Source: Thermomicrobia bacterium
Lineage (GTDB): Bacteria > Chloroflexota > Chloroflexia > Thermomicrobiales > UBA6265
Direction of reading: 5' to 3'
DNA length: 52,176 bases
Assembly: GCA_044464585.1 (NCBI GenBank)
Contig: JBIQLF010000011.1
Location: 1 to 52,176 of the forward strand
The notes beneath the pieces are model-generated. The model saw only the letters and a list, made by a program, of their open reading frames with translations. It was not told the origin of the DNA and searched no databases. Position numbers and translations under genes: made by a program. Positions 36,459 through 46,086 of this stretch are shown here, one piece after another. Numbering within the stretch: the stretch's first letter is position 1; every line of letters begins with the position of its first letter.

Positions 36459-38083
36459 TGGCCAGTTTCTTCTCTTGCCGCATCGAAGATCATGCGGTCG
36501 ATCAGCGTTTCCACCGGAGCGCGGTCATCGGTATATGGTCGCTCGTGCGACGCATTCAGACGCAAGTTGCCATCCGCGAAAACGTCAGCAGCAACGATCT
36601 GCTGATTCGTTCCCGGCGTCAACGATTCCAGTCGATCCCGGATGTCGTCCAGCGATACATCGTCGTTCGACGCGAATACCATTGTATTGTCGTACCCCTG
36701 CACATCCACGAGCCATACGGACCGGAAGACCGCGCTCAACGTAGATGATAGTGCGTCCACGAGTCGAAAATCGCGCTCCGACCGGCCGACGTTGACGACC
36801 ACCACGCCATGCTCGTTCAGGTGCCGGTCGACCAGTTCGAAGAATTCGGTCGTCGCCAGATGGAATGGAATGTAGGGCTGGCGATAGGCATCCAGCGCGA
36901 TCAGATCGTAGCGGCGATCGGTCGTTTCCAGAAAATAGCGGCCGTCTTCGGCCACCGCCGAAAGGCGAGGATCGTCCAGCGCGAAATACGTCCGCGCCAG
37001 ATCGAGCACGACCGGATCGATTTCCACACCATCGATTCCGAGCCCGGGCCAGGTGTCCAACAGAGAACGGGCCGATGTACCGCCGGCCAGTCCGACGATC
37101 AGCGCGTCGTGCGGTTCGATGCCGGTCATGGCCGGAGCCAGCAAGAAGTAGTCCCACGGACCGCCAGTCAGGACCGATGCCGGATCGTAGATGGAATGCA
37201 CCGCATGTCCGTCGTTCAGCGCCAGATAGATACGGCCGTCGCGTTCGAGAACTTGAATGTAGTTGTATTCGGATTCCGTTTCCTCGACCAACGTGCCGAG
37301 ATAGGGCGGTTTGATGGCTCCCGAAGCGGTGGCGGCGTGAAGTCCGAGCGCACCGGCCAGGAGAAGGACGACGGGAAGCATGCGCCGACCGCCGCGCAGC
37401 GCGATCGAGCCGACGAGCGAGAGGGCCATCAATGCAACGCCCATGATGAGAAAGGTGGCGCGAGTGCCGAACACCGGAATGAGCACCAGGACCGGCAGGA
37501 AACTCCCCACGATCGAGCCGATGGTGGAGAGCGCATAGATATTGCCCGCCGTTTCGCCACTCGAACGGACGTTCTCCGTGCGCATTCGAATGGCAAATGG
37601 TGAAATGCAACCGAACAGGAGCATCGGGAGCGCCATGAGCAGAAGCGATCCGAAAAACGAACCGAAGAATGCTCCGACATTCAATTCGTCGAATGCGTCC
37701 AGCGATATCCGCAAAATGGGCCGGGCGAGGACGGGGATGATCGCGACGGCGGCTCCGGCCAAACCGGCGATCAACAACATGACATCGAGCGCCGGATAGC
37801 GATCGGCCAGGCGGCCACCGGCGTAGTAACCGATTGCCAGGAATGCCAGCGTCAAGCCGATCAGATTCGCCCAGATGAAGGTCGAGGTGCCGAAATACGG
37901 CGCCAGGAGACGCGACATCGCCAGCTCGGTTCCGATACTGACCGCGCCGCACAAGAACACAAGTGAAAGCAGCACGGCGCGCTGCCGCGTCCCATGGATG
38001 GCGATCTTGGGATCGTGAGCTACGTCAGATGGCATGTCGGGATTCTGGATGCGGGAGGATACCGGTTCGGCAGTGCGGTCCAT
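36455..38083 (-). CDS. fused polytopic membrane domain / spermidine synthase-like methyltransferase-fold protein
   Basis: The N-terminal ~220 aa are multi-TM. The C-terminal part has LIVGLAGGTSARS, GVEIDPVV and YDLIALDAY (SpeE-like). The stop overlaps the pgeF start (ATGA). Confidence 0.75.
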   Translation of the reverse strand: MDRTAEPVSSRIQNPDMPSDVAHDPKIAIHGTRQRAVLLSLVFLCGAVSIGTELAMSRLLAPYFGTSTFIWANLIGLTLAFLAIGYYAGGRLADRYPALDVMLLIAGLAGAAVAIIPVLARPILRISLDAFDELNVGAFFGSFFGSLLLMALPMLLFGCISPFAIRMRTENVRSSGETAGNIYALSTIGSIVGSFLPVLVLIPVFGTRATFLIMGVALMALSLVGSIALRGGRRMLPVVLLLAGALGLHAATASGAIKPPYLGTLVEETESEYNYIQVLERDGRIYLALNDGHAVHSIYDPASVLTGGPWDYFLLAPAMTGIEPHDALIVGLAGGTSARSLLDTWPGLGIDGVEIDPVVLDLARTYFALDDPRLSAVAEDGRYFLETTDRRYDLIALDAYRQPYIPFHLATTEFFELVDRHLNEHGVVVVNVGRSERDFRLVDALSSTLSAVFRSVWLVDVQGYDNTMVFASNDDVSLDDIRDRLESLTPGTNQQIVAADVFADGNLRLNASHERPYTDDRAPVETLIDRMIFDAAREETGQ

Positions 38084-38298
38084 GCGTGGTTTCGTTCGAA
38101 CAGGCGCGACGCGGTGTTTCGAGCCCGGACACTATCGCACGAGCCCGGACGCGAGTGGACCGCGTTTGGCGTAGTTTGCGGTCAATCTATGTTATCCGCA
38201 AAATAATTGCCTGTCGAGACCGGCGGCCCTCGCCCCTGATTTCGTGGTACAACCAACCGTCCCTTGGCACGTGACACCGCCGCCACCCGGAGGACTCG

Positions 38299-38760
38299 AT
38301 GGCTTCGATTACAACCGATATCGTCGATGCCTACGTCTTCCGTCATCGTCATGGCCGCGCGCAATTCCTGCTCTTGCGTCGCCGGTCGGGGCTGCCGCTC
38401 GGAGATACCTGGCATGGTATCCACGGGCGCGTTTCCGAGGGCGAGACATCGCTCGAAGCGGCTCGCCGTGCGGTGCGCATCCAGACGGGACTGGCGCACC
38501 TCGACGCTTTTTCCGCGGACTACATCAACCAGTTCTTCGATCATGCCACCGACACCATCGTGCTGGCGCCGGTCTTTGCATTTCAGCTGGTCCAGGACAT
38601 GCCGATCACGCTCGACGACGAGTTCGATGATTACGCCTGGTGCGATCGCGATGAGGCCACGGGCCGGCTGATCTTTCCTGGTCAACGCTGGGCGGTCCGG
38701 CATATCGAAGACGTTGTGGCGAACCCCGTCGCCGATTCCGACTTCTACCGTCTCCCCTGA
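38299..38760 (+). CDS. NUDIX-fold hydrolase-like protein with degenerate Nudix box
   Basis: GRVSEGETSLEAARRAVRIQTGL aligns to GX5EX7REUXEEXGU, but the REx2EE glutamates are replaced (RRAVRIQTG). RBS GGAGG. Confidence 0.65.
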   Translation: MASITTDIVDAYVFRHRHGRAQFLLLRRRSGLPLGDTWHGIHGRVSEGETSLEAARRAVRIQTGLAHLDAFSADYINQFFDHATDTIVLAPVFAFQLVQDMPITLDDEFDDYAWCDRDEATGRLIFPGQRWAVRHIEDVVANPVADSDFYRLP

Positions 38761-38810
38761 TGGCGATTGCTACGGCCACCGAAAGCCGAACTTCGGATCC
38801 GCCGGTCGGC

Positions 38811-38816
38811 TATACT
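38811..38816 (+). promoter_or_regulatory. -10 box candidate for uvrB
   Basis: GGCTATACTTCGCC shares the GCTATACTTCGCC core with the yebC promoter candidate. It lies 47 nt upstream of TTG 38863. Confidence 0.4.
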
Positions 38817-38862
38817 TCGCCTCTTGACCAGATCATCTGATCTGATTCACGGGGTCACGACT

Positions 38863-40896
38863 TTGGCTAACTTCCGTATCGAAACCGACCTCCGCCCTAC
38901 CGGCGACCAGCCCAAAGCGATCGAACAACTGGTCGATGGACTCAACCGCGATCTCAAGCGCCAGGTGCTGCTCGGGGTCACCGGGTCCGGCAAGACGTTC
39001 ACCATGGCCAATTTGGTGGAGCAATACAACCGCCCGACCCTGGTGCTGGCGCACAACAAGACACTGGCCGCGCAACTCTATTCGGAATTCAAGGAATTCT
39101 TCCCCAACAACGCCATCGAGTATTTCGTCTCGTATTACGACTACTACCAACCCGAGGCGTATGTCGCGCGCACCGACACCTATATCGAAAAAGACACCGA
39201 TATCAACGAGGAGATCGACAAGCTCCGCCACGCGGCGACGCGGTCACTGCTGACGCGGCCCGATACCCTCATCGTCGCTTCGGTTTCGTGTATCTATGGA
39301 CTCGGTTCGCCGGAGGAATATCAGAACACGGTCATTTCCCTGCGCCGCGGCGCGCAGGAGCGGCGCGATCAGATCATCCGGCGATTGTTGGACGTGCAAT
39401 ACGATCGCAATGACATGACCGTGGTGCGTGGGTCGTTCCGCGTCCGGGGCGACACCATCGAGGTCTTTCCCGCATACGAAGAGATTGCGGTTCGCATCGA
39501 GTTCTTCGGGGATGAAATCGAGCGGATCGTCGAGGTCGATCCGTTGACCGGGGAATTGCTGGTCGACCGCATCGAGCTCGATATCTACCCCGCTCGACAT
39601 TATGTCACCTCTGCCGACAAACTCAGAGCCGGTATCGACGACATCCGGGTCGAGCTCGGCGAACGACTCCAGGAACTGCGCGCCCAGGGCAAGCTGGTCG
39701 AAGCCCAGCGGCTCGAACAACGCACCAACTACGATCTGGAGATGATGGAAGAAACCGGATTCTGTTCCGGGATCGAGAATTATTCGATGCATCTCTCGCG
39801 CCTGAAACCGGGTGAGCAACCGCATACGCTGCTGGATTATTTTCCCAAAGACTTCCTGATGATCATCGACGAGTCCCACATGTCCATTCCGCAAGTCCGG
39901 GGCATGTACGCGGGCGATCGCGCGCGCAAGGACATCCTGGTGGAACACGGATTCCGACTGCCGTCCGCTCGCGACAACCGGCCGCTCACCTTCGATGAAT
40001 TCGATCGAATGCTCAATCAGGTCGTCTATGTGTCGGCGACGCCGGGACCGTTCGAGAAAGAGGTATCCCAACGGACCGTCGAGCAGGTCATCCGTCCGAC
40101 CGGTCTGATCGACCCGTCGATCTCGGTCCGTCCGACCAAGGGCCAGATCGACGATCTCTTGCGCGAGATCAATCTGCGCGTCAGCCGGGGCGAGCGCTCG
40201 CTCGTCACCACCCTGACCAAGCGAATGGCCGAAGATCTGGCGGATTATCTCAAAGAAATGGGCGTGCGCACCCATTATCTGCACAGCGAGATCGACACGT
40301 TCGAACGGATCGAGATTCTGCGCGATCTGCGTCTCGGCATCTACGATGTGGTCGTCGGGATCAACCTGTTGCGCGAAGGGCTGGATCTCCCGGAGGTCTC
40401 GCTGGTTGCCATCCTCGATGCGGACAAGGAAGGGTATCTTCGTTCCGAAGGTTCGCTGATCCAGACGATCGGGCGCGCCGCCCGCCATGTCGATGGCACA
40501 GTGGTCATGTACGCCGACACCATGACCCGATCGATGACCGCGGCCATCGAGGAAACCTACCGGCGCCGTGAGATCCAGATGAACTACAACACCGAGCATG
40601 GCATCGAACCACGCGGAATCGTCAAAGAAATCAAGGACATCACCGAGCGCGTACGCCAGGTGGCCGAGGAGTCGCCCGAATACCGCACCGGCGGCTCGGA
40701 TCGACCGGGCGTCATCATGCAGATGCCCAAGGATGAGCTGATCCGCATGATCAAAGATCTCGAAAGCCAGATGAAAACGGCAGCGAAGAATCTCGAGTTC
40801 GAGAAGGCCGCGCTGCTCCGCGATCAAATCGTCGAGTTGCGGCGCATGTCCGAACTCGATCCAGCCATAGCAAGCGCGCCCGCAACGCGCGCCTGA
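38863..40896 (+). CDS. uvrB: excinuclease ABC subunit B
   Basis: [24 protein letters not shown], helicase motifs and the C-terminal UVR motif [15 protein letters not shown]. Start moved to TTG 38863, because the track start 38767 lies upstream of the predicted -10 box. Confidence 0.93.
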   Translation: MANFRIETDLRPTGDQPKAIEQLVDGLNRDLKRQVLLGVTGSGKTFTMANLVEQYNRPTLVLAHNKTLAAQLYSEFKEFFPNNAIEYFVSYYDYYQPEAYVARTDTYIEKDTDINEEIDKLRHAATRSLLTRPDTLIVASVSCIYGLGSPEEYQNTVISLRRGAQERRDQIIRRLLDVQYDRNDMTVVRGSFRVRGDTIEVFPAYEEIAVRIEFFGDEIERIVEVDPLTGELLVDRIELDIYPARHYVTSADKLRAGIDDIRVELGERLQELRAQGKLVEAQRLEQRTNYDLEMMEETGFCSGIENYSMHLSRLKPGEQPHTLLDYFPKDFLMIIDESHMSIPQVRGMYAGDRARKDILVEHGFRLPSARDNRPLTFDEFDRMLNQVVYVSATPGPFEKEVSQRTVEQVIRPTGLIDPSISVRPTKGQIDDLLREINLRVSRGERSLVTTLTKRMAEDLADYLKEMGVRTHYLHSEIDTFERIEILRDLRLGIYDVVVGINLLREGLDLPEVSLVAILDADKEGYLRSEGSLIQTIGRAARHVDGTVVMYADTMTRSMTAAIEETYRRREIQMNYNTEHGIEPRGIVKEIKDITERVRQVAEESPEYRTGGSDRPGVIMQMPKDELIRMIKDLESQMKTAAKNLEFEKAALLRDQIVELRRMSELDPAIASAPATRA

Positions 40897-40911
40897 GAAA
40901 GGAATGATTCT

Positions 40912-41904
40912 TTGACAGGTCATCCGCACGCGACCGGCAGACTTCCCGTCCGCTTGCTGTTCGCGCTCCTCGCCCTCGCGATTGCAGTCGCTGGCAACGG
41001 AACCCTGGCACAGGATGCGACACCGGCGGCGAATAGCGAATCGACCGCCGCATCCAGTGAGCTCACCAGCGAATTACCGCCGCCCGATCTTCCGTCCTCC
41101 AACCAGCAGGGATACCAGTTCGAAATCACGTCGGCATCCAAGATCAATCTCGATGCCGTTCCCCGGGAGGCGCCGGTTTACAAGCTCAACTGGAAGGAAC
41201 CGACGGCGCGTCGCACGGAACGAATCGCCGAAAAACTCGAAATCGAAGGCGAGGTCAACGATCGGGGCAATGGCAGCTTCGACATCCAGGGCGACCAGCA
41301 GCTTTTCGTTTCGGCCGGTCTGGTTCAGTATTTTTCCCCCGACCAGCCGACCGAGGGCGATCTGCCTGAGGATGATGCAGCCATCGGACTGGCCCGGGAG
41401 TGGCTTCGCACCGCGGGTCTGCTGCCCAACAATGTCGACGACGGCAGTATCGTCAGCCGCTCGGATACGACCCACCGGGTCACGGTGCAGTTCATTCCGC
41501 TCGAACCCGCTAATCTCATTGCCGCCTATCCCAGCGCCGTGGTAACCGTGGCGCCCGGCGGTGTGGTGATCGAGGCATCGGTCCGCTGGCCGGAAATCGA
41601 CCGCTTCGATCTCTACCAGCTTCGGGATCCGAAGGACGCCTGGGCGGAGGTCAGCAGCGGCGAAGCCTTCCTGGACGTCCAGCTTCCGGAAGGCGTAGCC
41701 GACGAGCAGGGCGTCGTTCATGGCAAAGCCACGTATTCCTCGATCGAAATCGGGTATACGACCGCCGGATTGCCGGGTGGGAATCAGTATTTGCAGCCTG
41801 TCTATATTTTCGTCGGCCGATTCGTCCCCGAAGGCAGCGATTCGTCGTATCGTATTCGCGCATTCGTCAGCGCCGTCGCCAATAGCGGCGCGCCAGTTGG
41901 ATAG
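40912..41904 (+). CDS. hypothetical secreted protein
   Basis: N-terminal signal peptide (RLPVRLLFALLALAIAVAGNGTLAQD). TTG start behind AAAGGAA. No family recognised. Confidence 0.5.
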   Translation: MTGHPHATGRLPVRLLFALLALAIAVAGNGTLAQDATPAANSESTAASSELTSELPPPDLPSSNQQGYQFEITSASKINLDAVPREAPVYKLNWKEPTARRTERIAEKLEIEGEVNDRGNGSFDIQGDQQLFVSAGLVQYFSPDQPTEGDLPEDDAAIGLAREWLRTAGLLPNNVDDGSIVSRSDTTHRVTVQFIPLEPANLIAAYPSAVVTVAPGGVVIEASVRWPEIDRFDLYQLRDPKDAWAEVSSGEAFLDVQLPEGVADEQGVVHGKATYSSIEIGYTTAGLPGGNQYLQPVYIFVGRFVPEGSDSSYRIRAFVSAVANSGAPVG

Positions 41905-41917
41905 GACACTGCCCCAC

Positions 41918-42376
41918 GTGAGCGCACGCCGATTTCTCGTGCTCAACGGACCGAACCTGAATATGCTCGGAACGCGCGAACCGGCCATCTACGGTTCGAC
42001 AACACTGCCGGACATCGTCCGCGGGCTGGAAGCGCAAGCCGCCGCGGCGAGCCCGCCGGCCGAGATCATTGCCCTGCAATCGAATCACGAAGGCGCGCTG
42101 GTCGATGCCATTCAGGAGCACGGTCCGGACGCGACCGCGATCATCATCAATCCGGGCGCGCTCAGTCATTACAGTATTGCCGTCCGCGACGCGCTTTCGG
42201 GCGTGCGCACGCCGGTCATCGAGGTGCATATCAGCAATATCCACGCGCGCGAAGCCTTTCGGCACCATTCGGTCGTTTCCGCGATCGCTCGCGGTCAGGT
42301 CGTCGGACTGGGCACCGACGGATACCGATTGGCGCTCGATTATTGTCTCGCCAATTTCCAGGAGCCGGAGAACTGA
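41918..42376 (+). CDS. aroQ: type II 3-dehydroquinate dehydratase
   Basis: FLVLNGPNLNMLGTREP and HISNIHAREAFRHHS. GTG 41918 start; the upstream part of the track ORF overlaps the previous gene. Confidence 0.9.
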   Translation: MSARRFLVLNGPNLNMLGTREPAIYGSTTLPDIVRGLEAQAAAASPPAEIIALQSNHEGALVDAIQEHGPDATAIIINPGALSHYSIAVRDALSGVRTPVIEVHISNIHAREAFRHHSVVSAIARGQVVGLGTDGYRLALDYCLANFQEPEN

Positions 42377-43458
42377 TGTCGCAGCGAATCGAGGACGTGC
42401 GCGCAGTGCTGCGGCGTGAGGGCTGGGATGCCATCCTCATCACTGATCAGGACAATCGCTCGTTCGCCAGTGGGTATCGAGCCGAAGATCACTCTGGTCG
42501 CTCGAATGGCGCGCTCTTCATCACCCCGGATGTCGCGCAGCTTTTCACGAACCCGAACAATGCCGATTGGGCCCGCGCCGCGGCCCCGGAATTCGAGGTC
42601 ATCCAGATCGCCGCACCCTGGGAAAAGCACGCCGGAGAAGCGATCGCCAAATCCGGTATCCGCACGCTGGGTATCGAAACGGCGACCCTGCCCCATGCCT
42701 CCTTTCTGCGCCTGACCGAGCAGCTTGGACCGATCGAAACGGTGCCGGTCGGCGATCAGATCGACCGATTGCGCTGGGTCAAGACGCCGCAGGAAATCGC
42801 GTGGCAACGGCAGGCGATCGACATCACTGACCGGGCATATGAACAAGCGCTCGCGGCGCTGACTCCCGGCGTGACGGAACGGGAAGTCGCGAATCTGATC
42901 GCCATCCTGTTTCTGGGACAAGGCGCCGACGGCTGGGGATTTCCTCCGACCGTGGCGTTCGGTCCGAACTCGGCCAAACCGCACCACGAACCGGGCGAGC
43001 GCAAACTCAGCGCCGGCGAATCGATCGTCATCGACATCGGGGCAACGGTCCACGGCTACACCGCCGATCTGACGCGCACGAATTGGGTGGGCCAGCCGCC
43101 CGCCCAACTCGTCGAGATTTACACTATCGTCCAGGCCGCGCAGGAAGCTGCCCTTGAGGTCGTTCGTGCCGGAGTGCCGGCCAGCGATGTGGATGCCGCT
43201 GCCCGCGATGTCATCGCATCGGCAGGGTATGGCGAGCAATTCGTCCATGGGCTCGGTCATGGCATCGGTGTCCGCATCCATGATGGACCGTTCATTCATC
43301 GAAAGAACGACGATCCGCTTCCCGCGAACTCGATTCTCACGATCGAACCGGGCATCTACATTCGGGATTTCGGGGGGGTGCGCATCGAGGATGTCGTGCT
43401 CGTCACAGAAGAAGGATACGAGCTGCTCAGCCACGCTCCCAAGCGCCCGCAGCTCTGA
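42376..43458 (+). CDS. pepP: M24 family Xaa-Pro aminopeptidase
   Basis: Metal ligand motifs DIGATVHGYTADLTR, HGLGHGIG, EPGIY and IEDVVLVTEEG. The ATG overlaps the aroQ stop (TGATG). Confidence 0.85.
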   Translation: MSQRIEDVRAVLRREGWDAILITDQDNRSFASGYRAEDHSGRSNGALFITPDVAQLFTNPNNADWARAAAPEFEVIQIAAPWEKHAGEAIAKSGIRTLGIETATLPHASFLRLTEQLGPIETVPVGDQIDRLRWVKTPQEIAWQRQAIDITDRAYEQALAALTPGVTEREVANLIAILFLGQGADGWGFPPTVAFGPNSAKPHHEPGERKLSAGESIVIDIGATVHGYTADLTRTNWVGQPPAQLVEIYTIVQAAQEAALEVVRAGVPASDVDAAARDVIASAGYGEQFVHGLGHGIGVRIHDGPFIHRKNDDPLPANSILTIEPGIYIRDFGGVRIEDVVLVTEEGYELLSHAPKRPQL

Positions 43459-43473
43459 TGAGGAGTCATTGCA

Positions 43474-44034
43474 TTGATCGAAACAGGCGATGTCCGCAAG
43501 GGTACGACCATGGAATTCGACGGCCGGTTGGTGAAGGTCGTCGACTTTTCGCACAACAAGCAGGGGCGCGGTTCCGCGCAGCTGCGCATGACCCTGCGCG
43601 ATCTGCGAACCGGCGCGATCACCACCCATTCGGTGCAGGCGGGAGCCCGATTTCCGGCCGTCCGTCTCGAACGCAATCACGTTCAGTTCCTGTATCGTGA
43701 TGGCGACGGATTTCACTTCATGGATCTCGACAGCTTCGATCAGTTCACGTTGGGGGAATCCGCTGTCGGCGATGCCGCCAAATTCCTCAAGGACAATGAC
43801 GAGCTGGATGTCATGACGTGGCAAGACGAACCGATCGATCTCGAGTTGCCCACCTCGGTCATTCTGGAAGTCACCGAAACCGATCCGGGGCTCAAGGGCG
43901 ATACCGCATCCGGCGGTACCAAACCGGCCACGCTGGAGACCGGTCTCGTCGTCAATGTGCCGCTCTTCATCAATATCGGCGAACTGCTGCGAGTCGACAC
44001 ACGCACCGGCGAGTACATCGAACGCGCGAACTAG
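43474..44034 (+). CDS. efp: elongation factor P
   Basis: [36 protein letters not shown]; 186 aa with three OB-like domains. TTG start. Confidence 0.92.
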   Translation: MIETGDVRKGTTMEFDGRLVKVVDFSHNKQGRGSAQLRMTLRDLRTGAITTHSVQAGARFPAVRLERNHVQFLYRDGDGFHFMDLDSFDQFTLGESAVGDAAKFLKDNDELDVMTWQDEPIDLELPTSVILEVTETDPGLKGDTASGGTKPATLETGLVVNVPLFINIGELLRVDTRTGEYIERAN

Positions 44035-44050
44035 CGTCCCCAAGGGAGAG

Positions 44051-44521
44051 ATGGCCATGTCGGACAATTCGGCTACGTGGGAAGATCTCGCCGATTTCAT
44101 TCAGGACGCCGCGCGGCAGATGCGTGAATACGGACTGACGATGATCGATGTCGAGCATTCCGGTTCCAGAGTTCGCATCAAGATCGATGCCCACCGGATG
44201 GTTCAGGCCGAATCTGTGGCAGCCACGCCGGTGGTTCAGACATCCACTTCCCGACCCACCGATACGGAGCCATCGTCCGATCACGTGGTCGTTTCGCCCA
44301 TGATCGGCACATTCTATGCGTCCCCCAGCCCGGGCGAGCCCCCATTCATCGAAGAGGGGGACCAGGTGGAAGTCGGTCAGGTCGTCGGCATCATCGAAGC
44401 CATGAAGATCATGAACGAAATCACCTCGGAGTTCGACGGAACCATTTCGGAGATCCTGGTGAAGAACGCGCAGGCAGTCGAATACGGTCAACCTCTCTTT
44501 CATGTGACCCCGGTGAACTAG
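44051..44521 (+). CDS. accB: acetyl-CoA carboxylase biotin carboxyl carrier protein
   Basis: Biotinyl-Lys motif [14 protein letters not shown] 44051 behind AAGGGAGAG. Confidence 0.85.
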   Translation: MAMSDNSATWEDLADFIQDAARQMREYGLTMIDVEHSGSRVRIKIDAHRMVQAESVAATPVVQTSTSRPTDTEPSSDHVVVSPMIGTFYASPSPGEPPFIEEGDQVEVGQVVGIIEAMKIMNEITSEFDGTISEILVKNAQAVEYGQPLFHVTPVN

Positions 44522-44527
44522 CGCATC

Positions 44528-45808
44528 ATGCTGGACGTCCCCCGCACGGTTCGCGAGATCACGGATCATATTCGTGGTCTCTTCGATTCAGATTCCTTGC
44601 TCGGCGATCTCTGGATCACGGGGGAAGTGCTGGAATCCACGGTTTCGCGGTCGGGGCACGTGTTCTTCACGCTCGCAGGCGACGGCGCCCAGATGCGGTG
44701 CGTGCTCTTTCGCATGAATGCGTTGCGCCAGCGCACCCTCCCCTCCCCCGGCTCGGCCTGTGTCGCGCATGGACGCGTGGAGGTCTACGCCACCGAGGGC
44801 GCGTACCAGTTTTATGTCGATCTCGTCGAGGAAGCCGGCATTGGTCTGGCCGCGCTCGAACTGGAGCTTCTCCGCCAGCAACTGGAAGCGGAGGGACTCT
44901 TTTCCGAAACACGCAAACGCCCGCTTCCGCCCAGCCCGGGCATCATCGGTATCGTCACATCGGAAAGCGGAGCCGTCTGGCACGATATCCAGCATGTCAT
45001 ACGCCGGCGCTTCCCGTTTGCCCAGCTTCTGATGGCGCCAGCGGCGGTTCAAGGGGATACCGCGCCCGCATCGTTACGGTCCGCACTCCAGTCATTGATT
45101 CTGGATGGCCGGTCCGAGGTGATCGTCATCGCCCGGGGCGGCGGTTCGGCGTCCGATCTGGCGGCGTTCAATGACGAGTCGCTGGTGCGGGCGGTGTTCG
45201 CATCCCCGATTCCGATCGTGAGCGCCATTGGACACGAAACCGACTGGTCACTGCTCGATCTGGTTGCCGATTTGCGCGCCCCGACCCCCAGCGCCGCGGC
45301 CGAGCTGGTGACGCCGGCAATCGCTTCCGAGCTCGACAATCTGAACGAGGCGCTTTCGCTCCATGTCGATCGATTCGAACGCCAACTGGCGGCGCGCACT
45401 CTGGATCTCGACCGGTTGGGTACATTGCTCGATCGGGCCGGACCGATCAGGCAACTCGCCGCTCGTCGCGTTCGGCTCATGGAGGCGCGATCGCGGCTTT
45501 CCGCTGCCGCCAGCCGGGCGGCGCCGAACCGCTCGCTGGAGCTCGCCGCGCATCGAGCGCGACTCTCGGCGAGCGCCCATTTGGCGATCGATCGCCGAAT
45601 CGTGGACGCGGGACGCACCGGCGATCTATTGCAGGCATTGTCACCGGCCCGAACCCTCGGGCGAGGGTATGCTTTCGTCGAACATGGCGATACCGGCCGG
45701 CCGCTCACGGCACCAAACGATGTGGCGCCCGGGGATCGGTTACGCACCCGTTTTCTCGACGGCTCGATCGAGTCCGTGGTTTCCAGCGTTACCAGAACCA
45801 CCGCATGA
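44528..45808 (+). CDS. xseA: exodeoxyribonuclease VII large subunit
   Basis: N-terminal OB fold (GDLWITGEVLESTVSRSGHVFFTL), RGGGS and a C-terminal coiled coil. Confidence 0.88.
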   Translation: MLDVPRTVREITDHIRGLFDSDSLLGDLWITGEVLESTVSRSGHVFFTLAGDGAQMRCVLFRMNALRQRTLPSPGSACVAHGRVEVYATEGAYQFYVDLVEEAGIGLAALELELLRQQLEAEGLFSETRKRPLPPSPGIIGIVTSESGAVWHDIQHVIRRRFPFAQLLMAPAAVQGDTAPASLRSALQSLILDGRSEVIVIARGGGSASDLAAFNDESLVRAVFASPIPIVSAIGHETDWSLLDLVADLRAPTPSAAAELVTPAIASELDNLNEALSLHVDRFERQLAARTLDLDRLGTLLDRAGPIRQLAARRVRLMEARSRLSAAASRAAPNRSLELAAHRARLSASAHLAIDRRIVDAGRTGDLLQALSPARTLGRGYAFVEHGDTGRPLTAPNDVAPGDRLRTRFLDGSIESVVSSVTRTTA

Positions 45809-45814
45809 GGCAGC

Positions 45815-46078
45815 ATGACTCCTGATCTGGCGATTTCGATAGCTGCATGGCAGCGCACCTGCGTGGACGGTCCTTTCGAAGACGCGATGTCGGCGCTCGA
45901 AGCGATCGTGGCGTTGCTGGACAGCGGAGAGCTGACGCTCGATCAATCGCTCGAATGCTTCGAAATTGGAGCGCGTATGAGCGCCCGCTGCCAGCATTTG
46001 CTCGAACAGGCCGAATTGCGAGTCGAGCTGGTGCAACGCTCGCTGGAATCCGATCCAGCGTCTGAACCCCCATTCTAG
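45815..46078 (+). CDS. xseB: exodeoxyribonuclease VII small subunit
   Basis: FEDAMSALEAIVALLDSGELTLDQSLECFEIG; it directly follows xseA. Confidence 0.8.
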   Translation: MTPDLAISIAAWQRTCVDGPFEDAMSALEAIVALLDSGELTLDQSLECFEIGARMSARCQHLLEQAELRVELVQRSLESDPASEPPF

Positions 46079-46086
46079 ATGACGAT

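Noticed and set aside
39244-40929. 561-aa minus-strand ORF opposite uvrB, and the similar 586-aa ORF 42340-44100 opposite pepP/efp.
   Set aside because: Both are antisense to strongly identified genes. They have low-complexity, Arg/Asp/Gly-biased composition and no recognisable domains.
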